64,000 nt of DNA from the human T2T-CHM13v2.0 reference genome, Homo sapiens: the NCBI RefSeq assembly GCF_009914755.1, contig NC_060932.1. One strand, written 5' to 3'. Below are positions 44,318-62,822 of this stretch, in pieces. The first letter of the stretch is position 1. Each line of letters begins with the position of its first letter. The position numbers were made by a program, and so were the translations under genes. Under the pieces are notes generated by a model. The model did not search any database and was not told the DNA's origin. It saw only the letters and a program-made list of their open reading frames with translations.

Positions 44318-46223
44318 TAAAGAAAACTCTCTAGATGGTTTTCCTTATATGCCTGTTAGCTGAGAAGAAAAGCCTCCTTCATATACAATCTTGAGACAAA
44401 AAGAGAAGAAAACAAAAAGCTCAGCTGTATTAACAGACATAGCAAGCAATTCTGAGGGAGCACAAAAAAGTGAGGCTGTTTCCTTTTTTTTTTTTTTTTT
44501 TTAACAAAACTAAGATGGACATTTCACACAACGCAGAGCTACGAGAACATCTCTTATGCTCCTTGCCATGGGATTTTAATGCCCCAAGGTTCATAACTAC
44601 AGCAAAGAAAGTAAGTCAAAAATAAACTGAGCTTAAAGAAGGTGGCAGGCCAATTTTCCCAAAAAGACTGTGGACTGTGGGCTGCTGTGTAGCCTTTGCT
44701 ACAAGGCTGAGGAAGCAGAAGAAAGATGAATTGGGCAATTGGTGATGAAAAGTATTTGCCATTTTCAAAGGCTTCTCAGTGTGGCCATAGATTTTGCTAG
44801 TCAATTTTTAAAAAATTATATTTTTAGCTCAACACACAGCTCTAAAGCAGGGTTCAGTGTAGTGTGTTCTCTACCGAAATGGTTATATACAGATGGTATG
44901 GAAATGGTTTTAAAGATTACTCATAAACTATCCTTTTAAAGAAAAACTAGACTCGGTCATATTTGTTAAAATGAGCAATGTCACCAAACAGAAATGTAGG
45001 TGGGAAATACTGAACCACAAACATTTGGAGTTGCAGGCATAGACTAGCAGAGCATGAATAGTCATCACTGTTTCTATAATACTGAAACACTCAAATCTGT
45101 TTCTGAGGTTTAAAACACAGAGCTATATTATATTCATAAACTTCCCCCTCCACTTAAGTTATATTTGCCTAACACATAATGGACAAATCAATAGAGCCAA
45201 AGCAAATTTGCAAAAGGCTCAGGTCAACATGAAAATTTTAACCTTAGTATTAGGAAACTCTTAGAATACTTACAAATTAAAAAAACACACAATAAAACAC
45301 ACATACACATATAAACCAGTGCAATAAGAACTTTAGACAAGGGCAGTGCATCTCTGGTTTAAGAAAACCTATTTGTAGCTTGATTATAATAAATTAACTC
45401 TATTCTAGATGATGGTTTAATTTTACAAGCAGCATTTGAAACACATTGTATATGTATGCTCAAAACCTGAAAACCAATTCACCAGTAACAATTCTCAATC
45501 AGTAACAAATTCCTACTTTAATTGTATATTGCACATACTTTTAGTGTCTACGTTAAAATAAATTTAACTCTTCTTAATGTAAATATCGGAGGACCATACC
45601 TGTTGCCCTTGTAGAAATAATTTACCTTGAATAACAGATTTTCCTTTCTTGACAAACAAGAATGAGAATAGATTTCAGCTTCGTTAGTCCAAAACTATTT
45701 TAAAGAAAATGGCTATTTTATGTGGCGAAGACACTGGAAATGGATTGTTAAACACAAAATCCTTGGTTTATCCATTGTTGCCATTTTGAAAAACATTTCT
45801 ATGGTCAGAGTGTTTAAAAGTCTGACCCTTTTTTTAAACCACCAAATAGTCCCTAGAGAGATTAGCTGTCTCCTTGACTGCTCTAGAATGCTGTTTGGAG
45901 AGTGGACACAGAGAAAAAGCTTTGGATAAAATGGCATGAAACACAAATGGCATTAAATAGGTCATCTATTTCACGTAAAAATAAAATGACTAGCACCTCC
46001 TTCCGGCTCCCAAAGTGACAGGCCCTAACAGGCCACATGAAACATGGTTTATGATAGTAAGTTTCATTATTCATACAGTATTGAGAAATCCATTACATTA
46101 GGGGGGTCCCACATCTAAAGCCTTCACTTCAAGGCTACCGTGTAAAAGTGAACTGAAGGGCACAAGGAGAGAACGGCGGACACAGGCCCAAGAAGGTCCT
46201 TGCGAAGGGTGCGAGGAGACCTT

Positions 46224-46387
46224 TCAGGGACTCTCCTGCATCCCGTCCTCTGTTTCCAGTTCTGCCAACTGCCTTCGAAGGATATTGACTTTTGCTTGTA
46301 ATTCTTTATTATATTCAATGATGTTAACCATTTCTTCATATGCTTCATCCAAATACTTAGAGGATCTATTCCAACGTAGGAAAATAC
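46224..46387 (-). CDS. MTMR9: MTMR9 last coding exon (coiled coil)
   Basis: ttcaatAG acceptor; GIFLRWNRSSKYLDEAYEEMVNIIEYNKELQAKVNILRRQLAELETEDGMQESP*. Confidence 0.95.
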
Positions 46388-48257
46388 CTATTGAATCCAG
46401 GAATGGAAAACAGAAGCAAGAAAGGTATATACAATGGATTAAAATTACATTTGTGGATAAGATGTAATTTATGTATTATACATTCTTTTTTCTTTTGTTG
46501 CCACAACTCACATCTGTATTTTATTATACTCTAAAATATACAGGAATCTTGAGGTACTGAAAAGGATGCAATTGAATACAATATTTGAGAAGTCACTACT
46601 TGTATGTACATGCTCATTGATTCTTCAGAAATATCCCACAAAATTATCAAATAGATCCAAATACCATTTTATGATATATTCAGGAAAACAAGATGATAAT
46701 TTGCAATGTCATAAACTTTCCAATTTCACAATATAAATCACTTATTTTTATAATTATAGAATATTGCTCAGACATGTAAGATCCCTTAAATGTGTGAAGC
46801 CATTTTCACCTGAAAAGTGACAACTACAGTAAAAGCAGAACCACATATGTTGTTATTTGAAAGCCTGAACTGTAGCCCACGTGCTTACATGCCTCTCTCC
46901 CTGTTACTTGAGAGGCAATCTTTCAATTCTGCAGGCAATTTCTTCTTTCCCCAAATAATAATAATTATCCTTTTATTATGAACCAAAAGGAAATATTTTC
47001 TCCTCTCCATAGCCCTATGTTAACTGTATCACACCACAATAATGCCTTACAGTTACTCAAGTCAGGAGGCACGAAAATCTTCCAGGCTGCACCATGTCAG
47101 TGGATGGCAAGTTCACAAAGGTTTTATGATTCATTAAAACACTCTCTACAAACCAAACTGCCATGGGTCCTAATGAGCCCTTCTATGCAGCTCCCAACAT
47201 CAGGCTGTATCAGAAAGGGAAAGCAGAACCACAGCGTAAAGCCTGACCCACCCATGTTGATTTTTCTAATTCAGGAATTTCTAAATATTAATGGTTAGCT
47301 GTGATGTAAATGTAAACAGCAGAGAGATATTTTAAGGCCGAAGAGCAGTCTTATTCAATATAGATGCCTACCATAGGATTTTACCTAATAGAGAGCTTCT
47401 TCTTCTCCCAGCTCTAGGTTGAGGAGCATGAAACACACACTGAAACTCCGGCATGGCAGGACTTAATCCACAGAACAAGGATTTCATCCCATCACTTATC
47501 TCTAAGCTCCACAAGGAGGTTTGGTACAAAGCAATTAAATCATCCTTCAGGCCACCCAGCTCCCAATGTGGGTTTTCTCCCAAACAGCTACGCTCATTTC
47601 AGTTATTAAATGTGACAGTGGCTTTAAGTACATTGTCCCAGAAGTCCTAAACAGGAAGAATACTGTAACCTCTCGTTTAAGAGATCATGAACCCTGTACT
47701 GACTGTGACGACAATCACGAAAGTAAGCAAAGAGAAGTTCTGAGCAGTCACCATCCCTTCACAAATCAAAGCACTAAAGCTCACACCCAGAACCTCAAGA
47801 CCATCTAAGACCATTTCCCCACAATGCTAACTAGGGGACACTTCAATAGATAAGATTAGAAGCATGAACTGAGGTGGAAGGAAGCCACTAATGGCAGATA
47901 AGCCAAGAGGAACTAGATGTGACAGCTGACATCCAGAGAAGAGACAGAAACTGATTTGGTCTCAGACTCAGAAGCCAAAGCAATCTGAGACCCGTTTCCA
48001 CAAAGGGCAAATAGTTTTCCACACGTGAACTGCCTTTGAGAGTATAACATACTAGAATACGGCGTAACAACTGGCATTAACGGTAATTCGGTTTAATTTA
48101 ACAAACAGCTACCATTCTTGTATGTATACTTTATGCTATTAAACATAAACATGAATAAATGTGTGCTTATTATCTTCAAAATAACTTTAAAAATTAAATG
48201 GTATTTTAGAGGCTTTGTTTAATGAAACACTATATAGTTCAGATAGATTTTGGTTAT

Positions 48258-48565
48258 TTTTATCTTTATTTTTATCTTTTTGAGAAAGTCTCGTTGTGTC
48301 ACCCTGGCTAAAGTGCAGTAGCATCATCTCTGCTCACTGCAACCTTTGCCTCCCAGATTCAAGTGATTCTCCTGCCTCAGCCTCCTGAGTAGCTGGGGCT
48401 ACAGACCCGCACCACCAAATTGGCCTGTTTAATTTTTGTATTTTCAGTAGAGATGGGGTTTCACCATGTTGGCCAGCCTGGTCTTGAACTTCTGACCTCA
48501 AGTGATCCACTCACCTGAGCCTCCCAATGTGCTGGGATTACAGGCGTGAGCCACCACACCTGGCC
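48258..48565 (-). mobile_element. Alu SINE (AluS-like) with TSD
   Basis: TSD agattttggttat on both sides. Confidence 0.92.
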
Positions 48566-49173
48566 AGATTTTGGTTATGTTTTAATTAATAAGCTTCCAT
48601 ACTTAAGGGGATAAGCTTCAATAGTTGGAAAAATCAGTGCATATAAAAAATCTACTTTAGAATAGATTTAAAAATTAAGCATATAGTCCCATAAGAACAA
48701 TGAAATATCTGTGTTACTGCACTGATGGTATTTTGTGCCCATTTATAGAAACTTACTGGAATGCCCAGCCATGTAACTCTTTAATACCATTTAATACAAG
48801 AACCTATCCTAATGACTGCTTCATTAAGGGACAGAAACTCTCCCTGATGAGCTTACAATTTATTCATGTCCCAACTACTTACCAACTCTCTTAGGCAAAG
48901 AGTAAGGTACTTTCTTATCTAGAAAAATATCCAACATAAACAGCAATGTAAAGAAACACTGTTAATTTCTCAATGGTAACTGAAAAAAAAAAAAAGTGTG
49001 GCTAGATAACTGATTTGAAAGAGAAAAACATGCCCACACTGAGAATGACAATTCACACAGGTCTGAGGGCCACGTCCAGCTCACCATCTTCATACATCAC
49101 CAACAGCACACACTCACAGGCAGCCGCATGCACACCTGACCGTTAAGAAGTTTGCAAAGGATGCGTGGTTTAC

Positions 49174-49325
49174 CTTCCCACAGTGGAAGACTCTGCGGAG
49201 CAACTGAAGGCCAGATGACAAGGTTGTTGGCTTCAAAGAGGGGATTGGTGAATTTACTCAGCTCACTGGGCTGATTAACCCAGGACCACAAAGACATCGT
49301 CTTCTGCTGTAGCTTCAACTTACAT
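49174..49325 (-). CDS. MTMR9: MTMR9 coding exon (penultimate)
   Basis: ttctttcttgatcAG acceptor, AAG|GTAAAC donor; CKLKLQQKTMSLWSWVNQPSELSKFTNPLFEANNLVIWPSVAPQSLPLWE. Confidence 0.95.
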
Positions 49326-49894
49326 CTGATCAAGAAAGAACACTGCCATTAAAGTAATTAATTTATAACAACCATTATTGAGTGCTCCTCTTACGAGGAC
49401 AATTTCTTCTCAGTATGAAAGAAGATAGAATACAAGACTTTTGGTAGAGAAACAAAGTGTTGAAAAATCAATAGATTTGTCAAAAAGCTCAATCGGCATT
49501 AGAACTCTCAACAACAACAAAACAAAGAGTATTTTACAGGCTTCCAAGAAGCTGGCAGGAGGATAAAAACAGAATCTGGTCACATCAGGTTTGGTGTTAA
49601 ACCTTAACCCAGAGAACATTACTGTACACAAAAGTCCTTTGTTATATTTGGGATTCTATTTTAATTAAAAATAGCTAAGCATAAAAAAACTTTCTAACCT
49701 TTTTGTTTCTGAGAAGCCTATAATATAAACATAAAAATTATACACTTTTTGACATTTATGTCCTATTTATTTTTCTAGTTTCTTTAAGAAAGGGCTTGTT
49801 GTGCAGAAACAACCAGGATAGCTTACAAATATGAATGTCTGGAAAGACCCCCAGGGTCTTCATTATTTACATTGTTTGATAACCACTTTCTAAT

Positions 49895-50113
49895 TGTTTT
49901 TTTTTTTAATTTTTTATTTTAATTTTTCCATAAGTTATTGGGGAACAGGTGGTATTTGGTTACATGAGTAAGTTCTGTAGTGGCGATTTGTGAGATTCTG
50001 GTGCACCCATCATCCGAGCAGTATACAATGAACCCTAATTGTAGTCTTTTATCCCTCGTCCCCCTTCTGTCCCTCCCCCAAGTCCCCAAAGTCCACTGTA
50101 TCCTTCTTACGCC
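49895..50113 (-). mobile_element. L1PB-like 3' end fragment
   Basis: ttttccataagttattggggaacaggtggtatttggttacatgagtaagttc. Confidence 0.8.
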
Positions 50114-51370
50114 CATACTAATATTAAAAGTGGAGGTTGAGTCAAATCTCAAACAAAACTTAAAATTTTTTAGAGACTTAGCTTTTAGGGAAAATAACTT
50201 ACATGTACATAAAATACAGATTGTCAAAGATGAAAAATCAATGTGAATCTTGACATAAATACATATTTAATCTATATCCACATACAATGAACAGGCTTCA
50301 TAATAATTCTAAAACTCTGGAACACTCTTTATCATGTGAATAAACTGTTAGAGAAGGATAACAGTCGATCGGCATGTTTTAGAAAAAAATACATTTTAAC
50401 ACAGATTGAAAGACAGTCTGTGGTAAACCTTACATCAACCAAAAAGATAATACATTCAATTCTCATAAGACTCAGTTTAAGCTGAGATTTTATTATAAAA
50501 TCAGTTTTGTCTCTGAAACCACATGATTATTTATGAGCTACGTGCAACTTACTGCATTCTTTTTGAGCTAGCAATAAAAATAATCCACATAATCATAGAG
50601 CCTATGTGGCATTGGACTTTAACTGCTGGGATAGCATGTCCCACGCTATGTTCCCAGGAACCAGGGATGACAAGGACAGGACATTATTGCATCCACTGCC
50701 TCCAGCCCTGTGCCCCCTGCCCATGGCCGGCCAACCACTGAACTTGCTCTGGCTGAGCCTGACACCACTTCAGAATCCTTCCCATCAGCATTGCTGGCAG
50801 CCTCTACCAACTGGGAAACAGAATGGGAATCTATTTTGATCCCTTCTTGAAAGCTAGTCCTGAGGATATTAACAGGTATAACACCAAAAAAAATTCATCA
50901 TCAAACACATTTCTTAAATGCTGAATTAAACTTATATACATTGCTTTACTGAAGAGTGTCTTAAAGCCTTTAATGATTATGCGTTAATCATTAAATCCTC
51001 CCTTCTAAGTGGGGGAGTTAATCCTCCCCTCTAAGTGGGGAGGATATTATGTCATATTCACCAAACTTCCTTGGCTATAGAAATTGCCAATCCCTCCTGT
51101 CCCTCCCTGCCAGAGTACAGTCCAGGGCTAAGCAACACATGCTTCAGAAAATGGTGGCTGCCAGCAATGAGGCAAGGAAGGCTGCTGATTGTACCCTGAA
51201 GAGATTACCAGGCAACCTCCCTGAAAGATCATTCTGATGTGAATCTTGTAAATGAACCTATACACTTGATGGTGCCTGGGCTGTAAGGTGAGCTTGCCAC
51301 TCTGGGCCTGAGGACAGTTTCTAGGTGTAACAAAGTCTGGAGCAGGAGGAGGAAGACCTGTAATTTAGGC

Positions 51371-51710
51371 CAGGGATCCCCAAACCCCAGGCCATGGACC
51401 AGTAAGGGTCCGTGGCCTGTTAGGAACTGGCCACACAGCAGGAGGTGAGTGGCAGATGAGCGCGTATTTCCACCTCCTGTCAGATCAGCATCAGATTCTC
51501 AGAGAAGCGCAAACCCTACTGTGAGCTGCGCATGTGGGGAATCTAGGGTGCGCCTTTATGAGAATTCTCCTTATGAGAATCTAATGCCTGATGATCTGAC
51601 ATGGAACAGTTTCACCCCAAAACCATCACCAATCCCGCTGCCACCCAATCCAAAGAAAAGTTGTTATCCACAAAACTGGTCCCTGGTGCCAAAATGGTTG
51701 GGGATCGCTG
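51371..51710. mobile_element. MER1B (hAT-Charlie MITE)
   Basis: cagggatccccaaacccc...ggttggggatcgctg terminal inverted repeats; degenerate 8-bp TSD atttaggc/ctctaggc. Confidence 0.88.
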
Positions 51711-52118
51711 CTCTAGGCCACACTTTTGATGACCAACTGACTCTATGTCCTGGGAAAAGTCACGTAACTTCTCTGGATCTTACTTTCTTAATAAAATTAG
51801 AGGGAAGACCTGAATTATAAATTAAGGCTTTTTCCACATGTAAGATACTATGATCCTATGTTAAGAAATTAACATTTAAAATGGTTGCCCCTTAATTCAC
51901 GTATGGACTAATTTTAACCTAACAGAACAAAGTCTAGGACATGCTCTCATAAAAGAATATACTTCAGGTCATTTAAATTATAATTAACTGTAGCCTCTAC
52001 CTTTTTATAAATAATTTTAATATAGATCCAAATCGTCGTCTCCTAGGAGATTCTGGCTACTTAGGAAGTAGCCAAAACAACGGAAAAGGAAAGGTCCCCA
52101 TGTGAGCAGTGTACTCAC

Positions 52119-52339
52119 CTTTCACTTTCATTGTTGCCCAGAAATGTTCCAAACTGTGAGGCATAAGCATGCTCAAAGAGCATGATGAGGAAATTCTCAT
52201 TAAACTCAAAAGAACAGGGAAACTGACGAAGGATCTGCCACACGCAGTCCAAGAAGAGAAGAAATACAGGAGCCTCCCACTTCTGCTTGGTGTTACAGTA
52301 GGCTGACTGTGCACAGCGCTGCTGGAATGGGTGACCAGC
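52119..52339 (-). CDS. MTMR9: MTMR9 coding exon
   Basis: cttccccctAG acceptor, AAG|GTGAGT donor; AGHPFQQRCAQSAYCNTKQKWEAPVFLLFLDCVWQILRQFPCSFEFNENFLIMLFEHAYASQFGTFLGNNESER (myotubularin motifs). Confidence 0.95.
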
Positions 52340-53947
52340 CTAGGGGGAAGATGGAGGCGTGACAGTCATATCCTGGTGAGATCACATGACAGAGCATTCT
52401 ACCGACACCACTATACACAATTACAGTGACACTCCTAGTACCTGGAACATCATATAATTAGGGTAGCTGTTGTACAGATTAATGATTTCTTGGTATAAAA
52501 TAAATAGCGGCAGCAACTAAGGAAAAAGACACACTTCCAAATCCTTAATGAGGCTGCGCGGCTAAGGTGTGACCACAGGAACTGCACTGCCCTTGGAATA
52601 TCCCATGGAAGAATAATGAACTTAAGCAATAATAAACTTACAAAATAAACCTTTCTAGGTCTACAAAACCTGGAGCAAAGTCAAAGAACATAAGCTCTCA
52701 GTACAAAGAAGAATCATCACCTCTGTCTAACACTGTAGATTGTGCTGTACACTAAACAAGCCTCACCCTAAGTGGAGACAGATATGGAACTCTGATCACC
52801 TTTATAATGTCAGCTCTGATAGTAAATCTCTAATTATATACGAAAAGTTATTGTGTTGAAAGATCTTTATGAGTACTTTTCTACAGGAGATAAAGCTGTC
52901 ATTAATTACCCTCTTCTCCCAAAATGAACAGCAAGAGTCTGCCATCTACTGACCAAAGTAAATTTAAGACTCATTTGACTGTCTTGTTCAGAACCCAAAT
53001 GCTGACCTTAATACAAATCATACTCTGCTAGGAATTTCACAGATCTGCTTTGTCTCTGGGTCCTTCTACTACTGTATGTGACAAAGGTAATGACATAGAA
53101 ATTTTACAGTGGTTCACAGAATTGTGATATCCATTAAAATAACATAAAAATCAGTCAGTCATACTCATTTGTTTGTCTACTATGCATCATGAGGAATATA
53201 GCTCAATAGACTTTCATCAAATATGGAGCATAAACTTAGTATGGTCTGACTTAAACAGAGGTAAGGTCAGTTGTCAGGCAGGGTGGACATGGTGTACGTA
53301 ACAGCATTAGTGCATGATAAATGCGAATTGTAACCAGAGGAGCAAGATACTCTTTTTGCCAGAAAAATGTCTGCTTTCAAGATATGTAAGCATTTGTGTT
53401 CAAATACAATTATTTACCAGCTTACACAGTAGAAATATATTGAAAAGTAATCTCTGTGGAGGATATCAATCCCTGTTATGAGTGAGACTTTTATTTTGGC
53501 AGCCATCCAACATTACATGATTCAGTTTTATCTTTGAAGGAAGCTTCACAGGGTGGAGCAGCACGAGCAAAAGGCTTTGAAAGGGTTAAAGCGCTTTCCT
53601 TGCAACTACAGGCCCCACTCCCCCTTCCCCGACTGCTTATGTCTTTGATCCGTCAAGACCCAGCTTCTGGGAGATTGCACTATGCTTCCCATTCTTTGTA
53701 TTTCTCCTGTATGTGATAAAGCACAGCCAACAGGAGTTTCCTAAGTGAAGGAAGTGTCAAGTGAGGAATACAGGCAAAGAGACATCCAGAAACAAGGAGA
53801 AGACAGATTAACTGTCCTGCAGTAAATTAAACACACAACTTAGAAATTTTAATCAATCGAAATTTCACACATTATGTCAGCTACCACACAAAGCAGGATC
53901 ACAGCATCAATAAGCAGTTCCTCTGTGAATCAAACAGCTCTTCTCAC

Positions 53948-54089
53948 CTGCAGCCACTCTCTTTCAATCAGGGCCTCAAAACCACGAATGGTCCTGCTTC
54001 TTGGCTCTAAGATGATCTGGGCCAAGGAGGTCACCTGGAGTGTGGAATCAGTTCCTTCTGTTCCGTGAATCAATATTGATGCTCCTTCC
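53948..54089 (-). CDS. MTMR9: MTMR9 coding exon with the inactive phosphatase loop
   Basis: tttcctatcAG acceptor, CAG|GTGAGA donor; EGASILIHGTEGTDSTLQVTSLAQIILEPRSRTIRGFEALIEREWLQ. Confidence 0.96.
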
Positions 54090-54998
54090 CTGATAGGAAA
54101 ATCAGGGAAGAGTACAAATGGGAAATGTCCAACATGGTCAATGAACTCTGTTAATAACAAGCGTTTATTGAGCACAACATTTTAGTCTACTGAGTTCAGT
54201 TTATTTAGTGTATTGAGTACAACATTCTGCTCTGACTTGTAGAGTTCAGAATCTAAATCTAAATCTAAGGCATACGATAGATAAGATTCTCTTGGGAAAA
54301 AATACGACTATAATGAATCTCAAATTTCACATGGCAAGACCTCTTTAAGTTATAACAAATTTCACAGAACCTTTTAGCTGAATTTTTCTTTCCCTTTTCA
54401 AAACCAAAAAGCAGCTCTTAACACAGAAGGCATTTACCCTTTCTGCTTTAATCGTTGGTTAAAGCCTCTTCTCATCAAAACTATAGACATACACTAAAAT
54501 TATTTTTCTGACTTTGACTCTACCTTTCCACCATCAGCTGACTATAAGGACACCTTCATAAACTGTAATTCAATCTGGAAAATGAGACCTAGACCACACT
54601 TTGAGAAACACGACAACAGGAAAAAAAACAAACATAAAAGTGTCAATCTAGAAAGTCAGTTGTAAAGATACCACTGCATCATGAGACTCAGAAGTGTCTG
54701 GGACCCCATTATTCTAAAGAGAATGAAAGAAAACACCAAAACTAAATTTACTACATCTTCTCCCCTCCCCTTCTTCTACCCTTTCTGTTGAAACAATGAA
54801 GGAAACTTTGGAAAAAATAAAAACCACCAACTTCACACAAAAGCTTCGGGTTTGGTTACTACTGTCAGTTTTTACCCATGTACATATACACTACATAGAG
54901 CTTTAATACGAGGCAATTTCCTCTATTCTCACTCTTATTCTACACTCGTATCCTTCCATGTTTGTAAGTCATCTTCAGAACTAGGATAATAACAGTTG

Positions 54999-57625
<2,627 letters not shown>

Positions 57626-59323
57626 TGTGTAATATCCTATTAAGTGATGAACTGCAATTTACTTAATCCTATAGTTGGACATTTAGGTTATGCCAATTTT
57701 TGTTACATTGTAGATGATGTACTTAGCTTTTTGTCTTCTGTTGAATTCTTTGGGGGTTCTTAATTTAAAAGTAACAGATTCCCTGAAGTCACTTATGGTT
57801 AGGCTAACCCCATTCTCAGGATAAAACCTAATGACTAGGCTGAAGGGGATGAGCATGTACTTTAAGGCTTCTGTGTATATTGCATATGTACCTTAATTAT
57901 CTGTGGGATATTCTGAATTCAATTCATTTAAACTCTATTTTCATGTTTTCAGTAATTAATTATAAGGGCAAATTTGTATGGAGGTGAAAATAATAGGCCA
58001 ATATATATCAGAAAAAGGGACTCAAACATGGCAAAATTAACCAAAACCCTGAACCTTCCCAAGAGTCTGGAAGTCTCTGCCTTTGAGGTGGCCAGCTCAA
58101 ACTAAATGAAGGTGGAAATCATGAGAACTGTTCTGCATTCTGCACTGAGGGATGTCTTAATCTGTATCATCATGCTGTCACAGCTGCAAAATTGAGAAAT
58201 GTGGTGATTAACTGTTTATTACAATTCCTGTTTCATAAAAAAAACAGAAGCCTCTGTACTCATAATGTAAGGAGAAATCTGGTAAACTTAGGTTAAAAAG
58301 AAAAAAACCCTCAGTATTAACAAAATCATTATGTATTTGTTATTTCTCTGCCACAGAACCTTGGTCTTTAATTCCCACAGTTTATTAGGTAAATGGGCTT
58401 CACCTAACGCCTAAAACAGAAAGAACAGGGATAGCCTGGCAATCTTGACCCCAAGGGACTCTACCTTGATGGCTCTGTTGCTAACTTACCACATGATTTC
58501 AGCAACCCATTCTATTATGAATTTCTCTATAACCATAACAAATTAGGTATATATTTCCCTAATTTGGAAGCATCAATAAAACAAGTTAAAGTCTCAAAGA
58601 AAAGTGCCATCTATCCATGTGGTGATAATACTTATATCTACCTACTGTTTCAGTGGAATCCCCTTCTTAGAAACGGCATTCTAAGCTTCTGCAAGAATTT
58701 GTGCCAATCCTTCTGCCTCTGTTCAAGTCTTCTGCCACAAGACTCAAGGATTAGCAACCTTTAACTGAGTGAATTAACTATATGAACTAAAATCACTTCA
58801 TATACTCAACATCACTACCACTAGGTGTTCTCAACTTGAGATCCAGATGTAATCGCACATATCAAGTAGTATGAAATAAGATATCCCGGAGGTTAGAAAG
58901 GATCATTTTACTGTGTAACAAAATTACGTTTCCTTTCGCTGATATTTCAAAAGTAAGGAGGTAAGTTCGCTCCTCTAAGAAAAAATAAGAAAACTTCCTT
59001 TCATTCTATTTCACAGTTTAAGAAAAAAATTGGCAAATTCATGATTTAAGGGTGTACTAGAAAAAAAAAACGGGTCCATTAGTACTTAAAAATTTGTGTC
59101 ATAGAAGACATGTATATTTACCTGGTTCATATTTATGAAACAAACATTATCTATTAAATGCCAGACTCTAGGCACACACCTCATCAATAATGGGATGGTG
59201 TTGACTAGCCTACACAGTAATTTACTGCAAACTTTCACATAATCTATAAACATATGTCTGGATAAACACAAAGTCTAGTTAGCAGCGCCATGTTTCGCTC
59301 AGGAACGCTGAAATGCACTTTAC

Positions 59324-59485
59324 CTGTCGATGCACTGAGCCGCTAGGCAGGCAGTTGTCAGAATCTCTTTGATGTGAGTCAGCCAGTTAGAGGCCTCCAA
59401 TTTACTGAGCCATCGGTCCATGTTATGTGTTTGGTCATTACAAGCTTCCACAAGTTTGATTAAGCTCTCCTGAAGAATGTGATAC
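59324..59485 (-). CDS. MTMR9: MTMR9 coding exon
   Basis: tttcttacttttaaaAG acceptor, CAG|GTAAAG donor; YHILQESLIKLVEACNDQTHNMDRWLSKLEASNWLTHIKEILTTACLAAQCIDR. Confidence 0.95.
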
Positions 59486-60204
59486 CTTTTAAAAGTAAGA
59501 AAGTAAAAAATAACAAACCCAGAAAATAGAAAGATAAAGAAACCAAACCAAAGATTCAGCCTCCAACATATCTAAGAGCAAAAGTAGTTCAAAATACTAT
59601 AAAAATATTTACCCTGCTATAATTTGAGGATTAAAGGTTGAAAAACTAATATTTAAACATTGTTGCAAAGGCTTAAAATGCCTGCCATGGTAACGTATTC
59701 CTTACCTGAACAGATTAAACCCAGTTCACATACCTGGATTATCTGACTATAGGAGAGGCCAGAGCCCTGCGTTTCATGACAGGTCAGGAGACACAGCACC
59801 ACTTACATTTGCAATCCTGTTCCCACCGATCTAACACTAGAGACCCAGTGCCATCAGCAGCCTTACCCAACCCAGCTTGGATCCCACTGTTTTCTAGCTA
59901 CAGCTCCCATTCACCCACCTAGAGACACTTATAAATCACTCTTTTACAGTACAAACAAGAGACAATAGGTGGAGGAAACTGTGCGAAAATAGGTCGATAT
60001 GGGGAGAAATTAAATCTCTAAAGTCTTTGACTTAGGAAAATATAAGTATATGTAGCAAATCTGTTCAGTGTAGCAACTGCTGATCTACCTGCAGAGGAGC
60101 TGGCCTTGTGGTGATGAGACCACAGGGTTGGCTTAGAGAAAGAATGCTAGTGAAAGGGACTCCTGCAGGCCTCCAAGAGCACAGCTTTCGCCTATCAAAC
60201 ACAA

Positions 60205-62450
<2,246 letters not shown>

Positions 62451-62604
62451 CTGACCAAAAAAAAATGAGAAGATGGCTAGCCCATCATTGACCCTAAATT
62501 AATGCAGAAGTTAATTTGAGCACTTGTGATTTTCAAATGGCTAAGGCCTTACCCACTATAATTAGCTTCTAATAAGAGTCTGTACTATCTTTGGAATCTT
62601 TTAC

Positions 62605-62822
62605 CTCTCAATGGACTTATGAATTCGCCTCCACTGAGGATAATGAGCTTCTTGTTCAAAGCCACCTCCTTTGGCTCTAGTTTGCTGAGCCACGTTCAGG
62701 GATCGGGTGTCAATGATGTAGCCACGCTTTCCAGCCCTGAGGGTAGCATTTATCAGCTTCTCGTCCTCCTTGCACCTCCTCCCGTTTGTACCAGTGAGTG
62801 GCTGACCACTTCGCATAATTAC
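62605..62822 (-). CDS. MTMR9: MTMR9 coding exon (most 5' exon in the window; earlier exons lie beyond 64000)
   Basis: ttattatgcttctAG acceptor, GAG|GTAAAA donor; VIMRSGQPLTGTNGRRCKEDEKLINATLRAGKRGYIIDTRSLNVAQQTRAKGGGFEQEAHYPQWRRIHKSIER. Confidence 0.96.

Noticed and set aside
46124-46348. 74-aa minus-strand ORF over the last MTMR9 exon
   Set aside because: Wrong frame; the spliced frame entering at 46387 in phase 1 gives the MTMR9 C-terminus ending at 46224.
50993-51045. Short tandem duplication with hairpin potential (atcctcccctctaagtggggaggat)
   Set aside because: A 9-bp stem in intronic DNA is too short for a pre-miRNA and has no supporting features.
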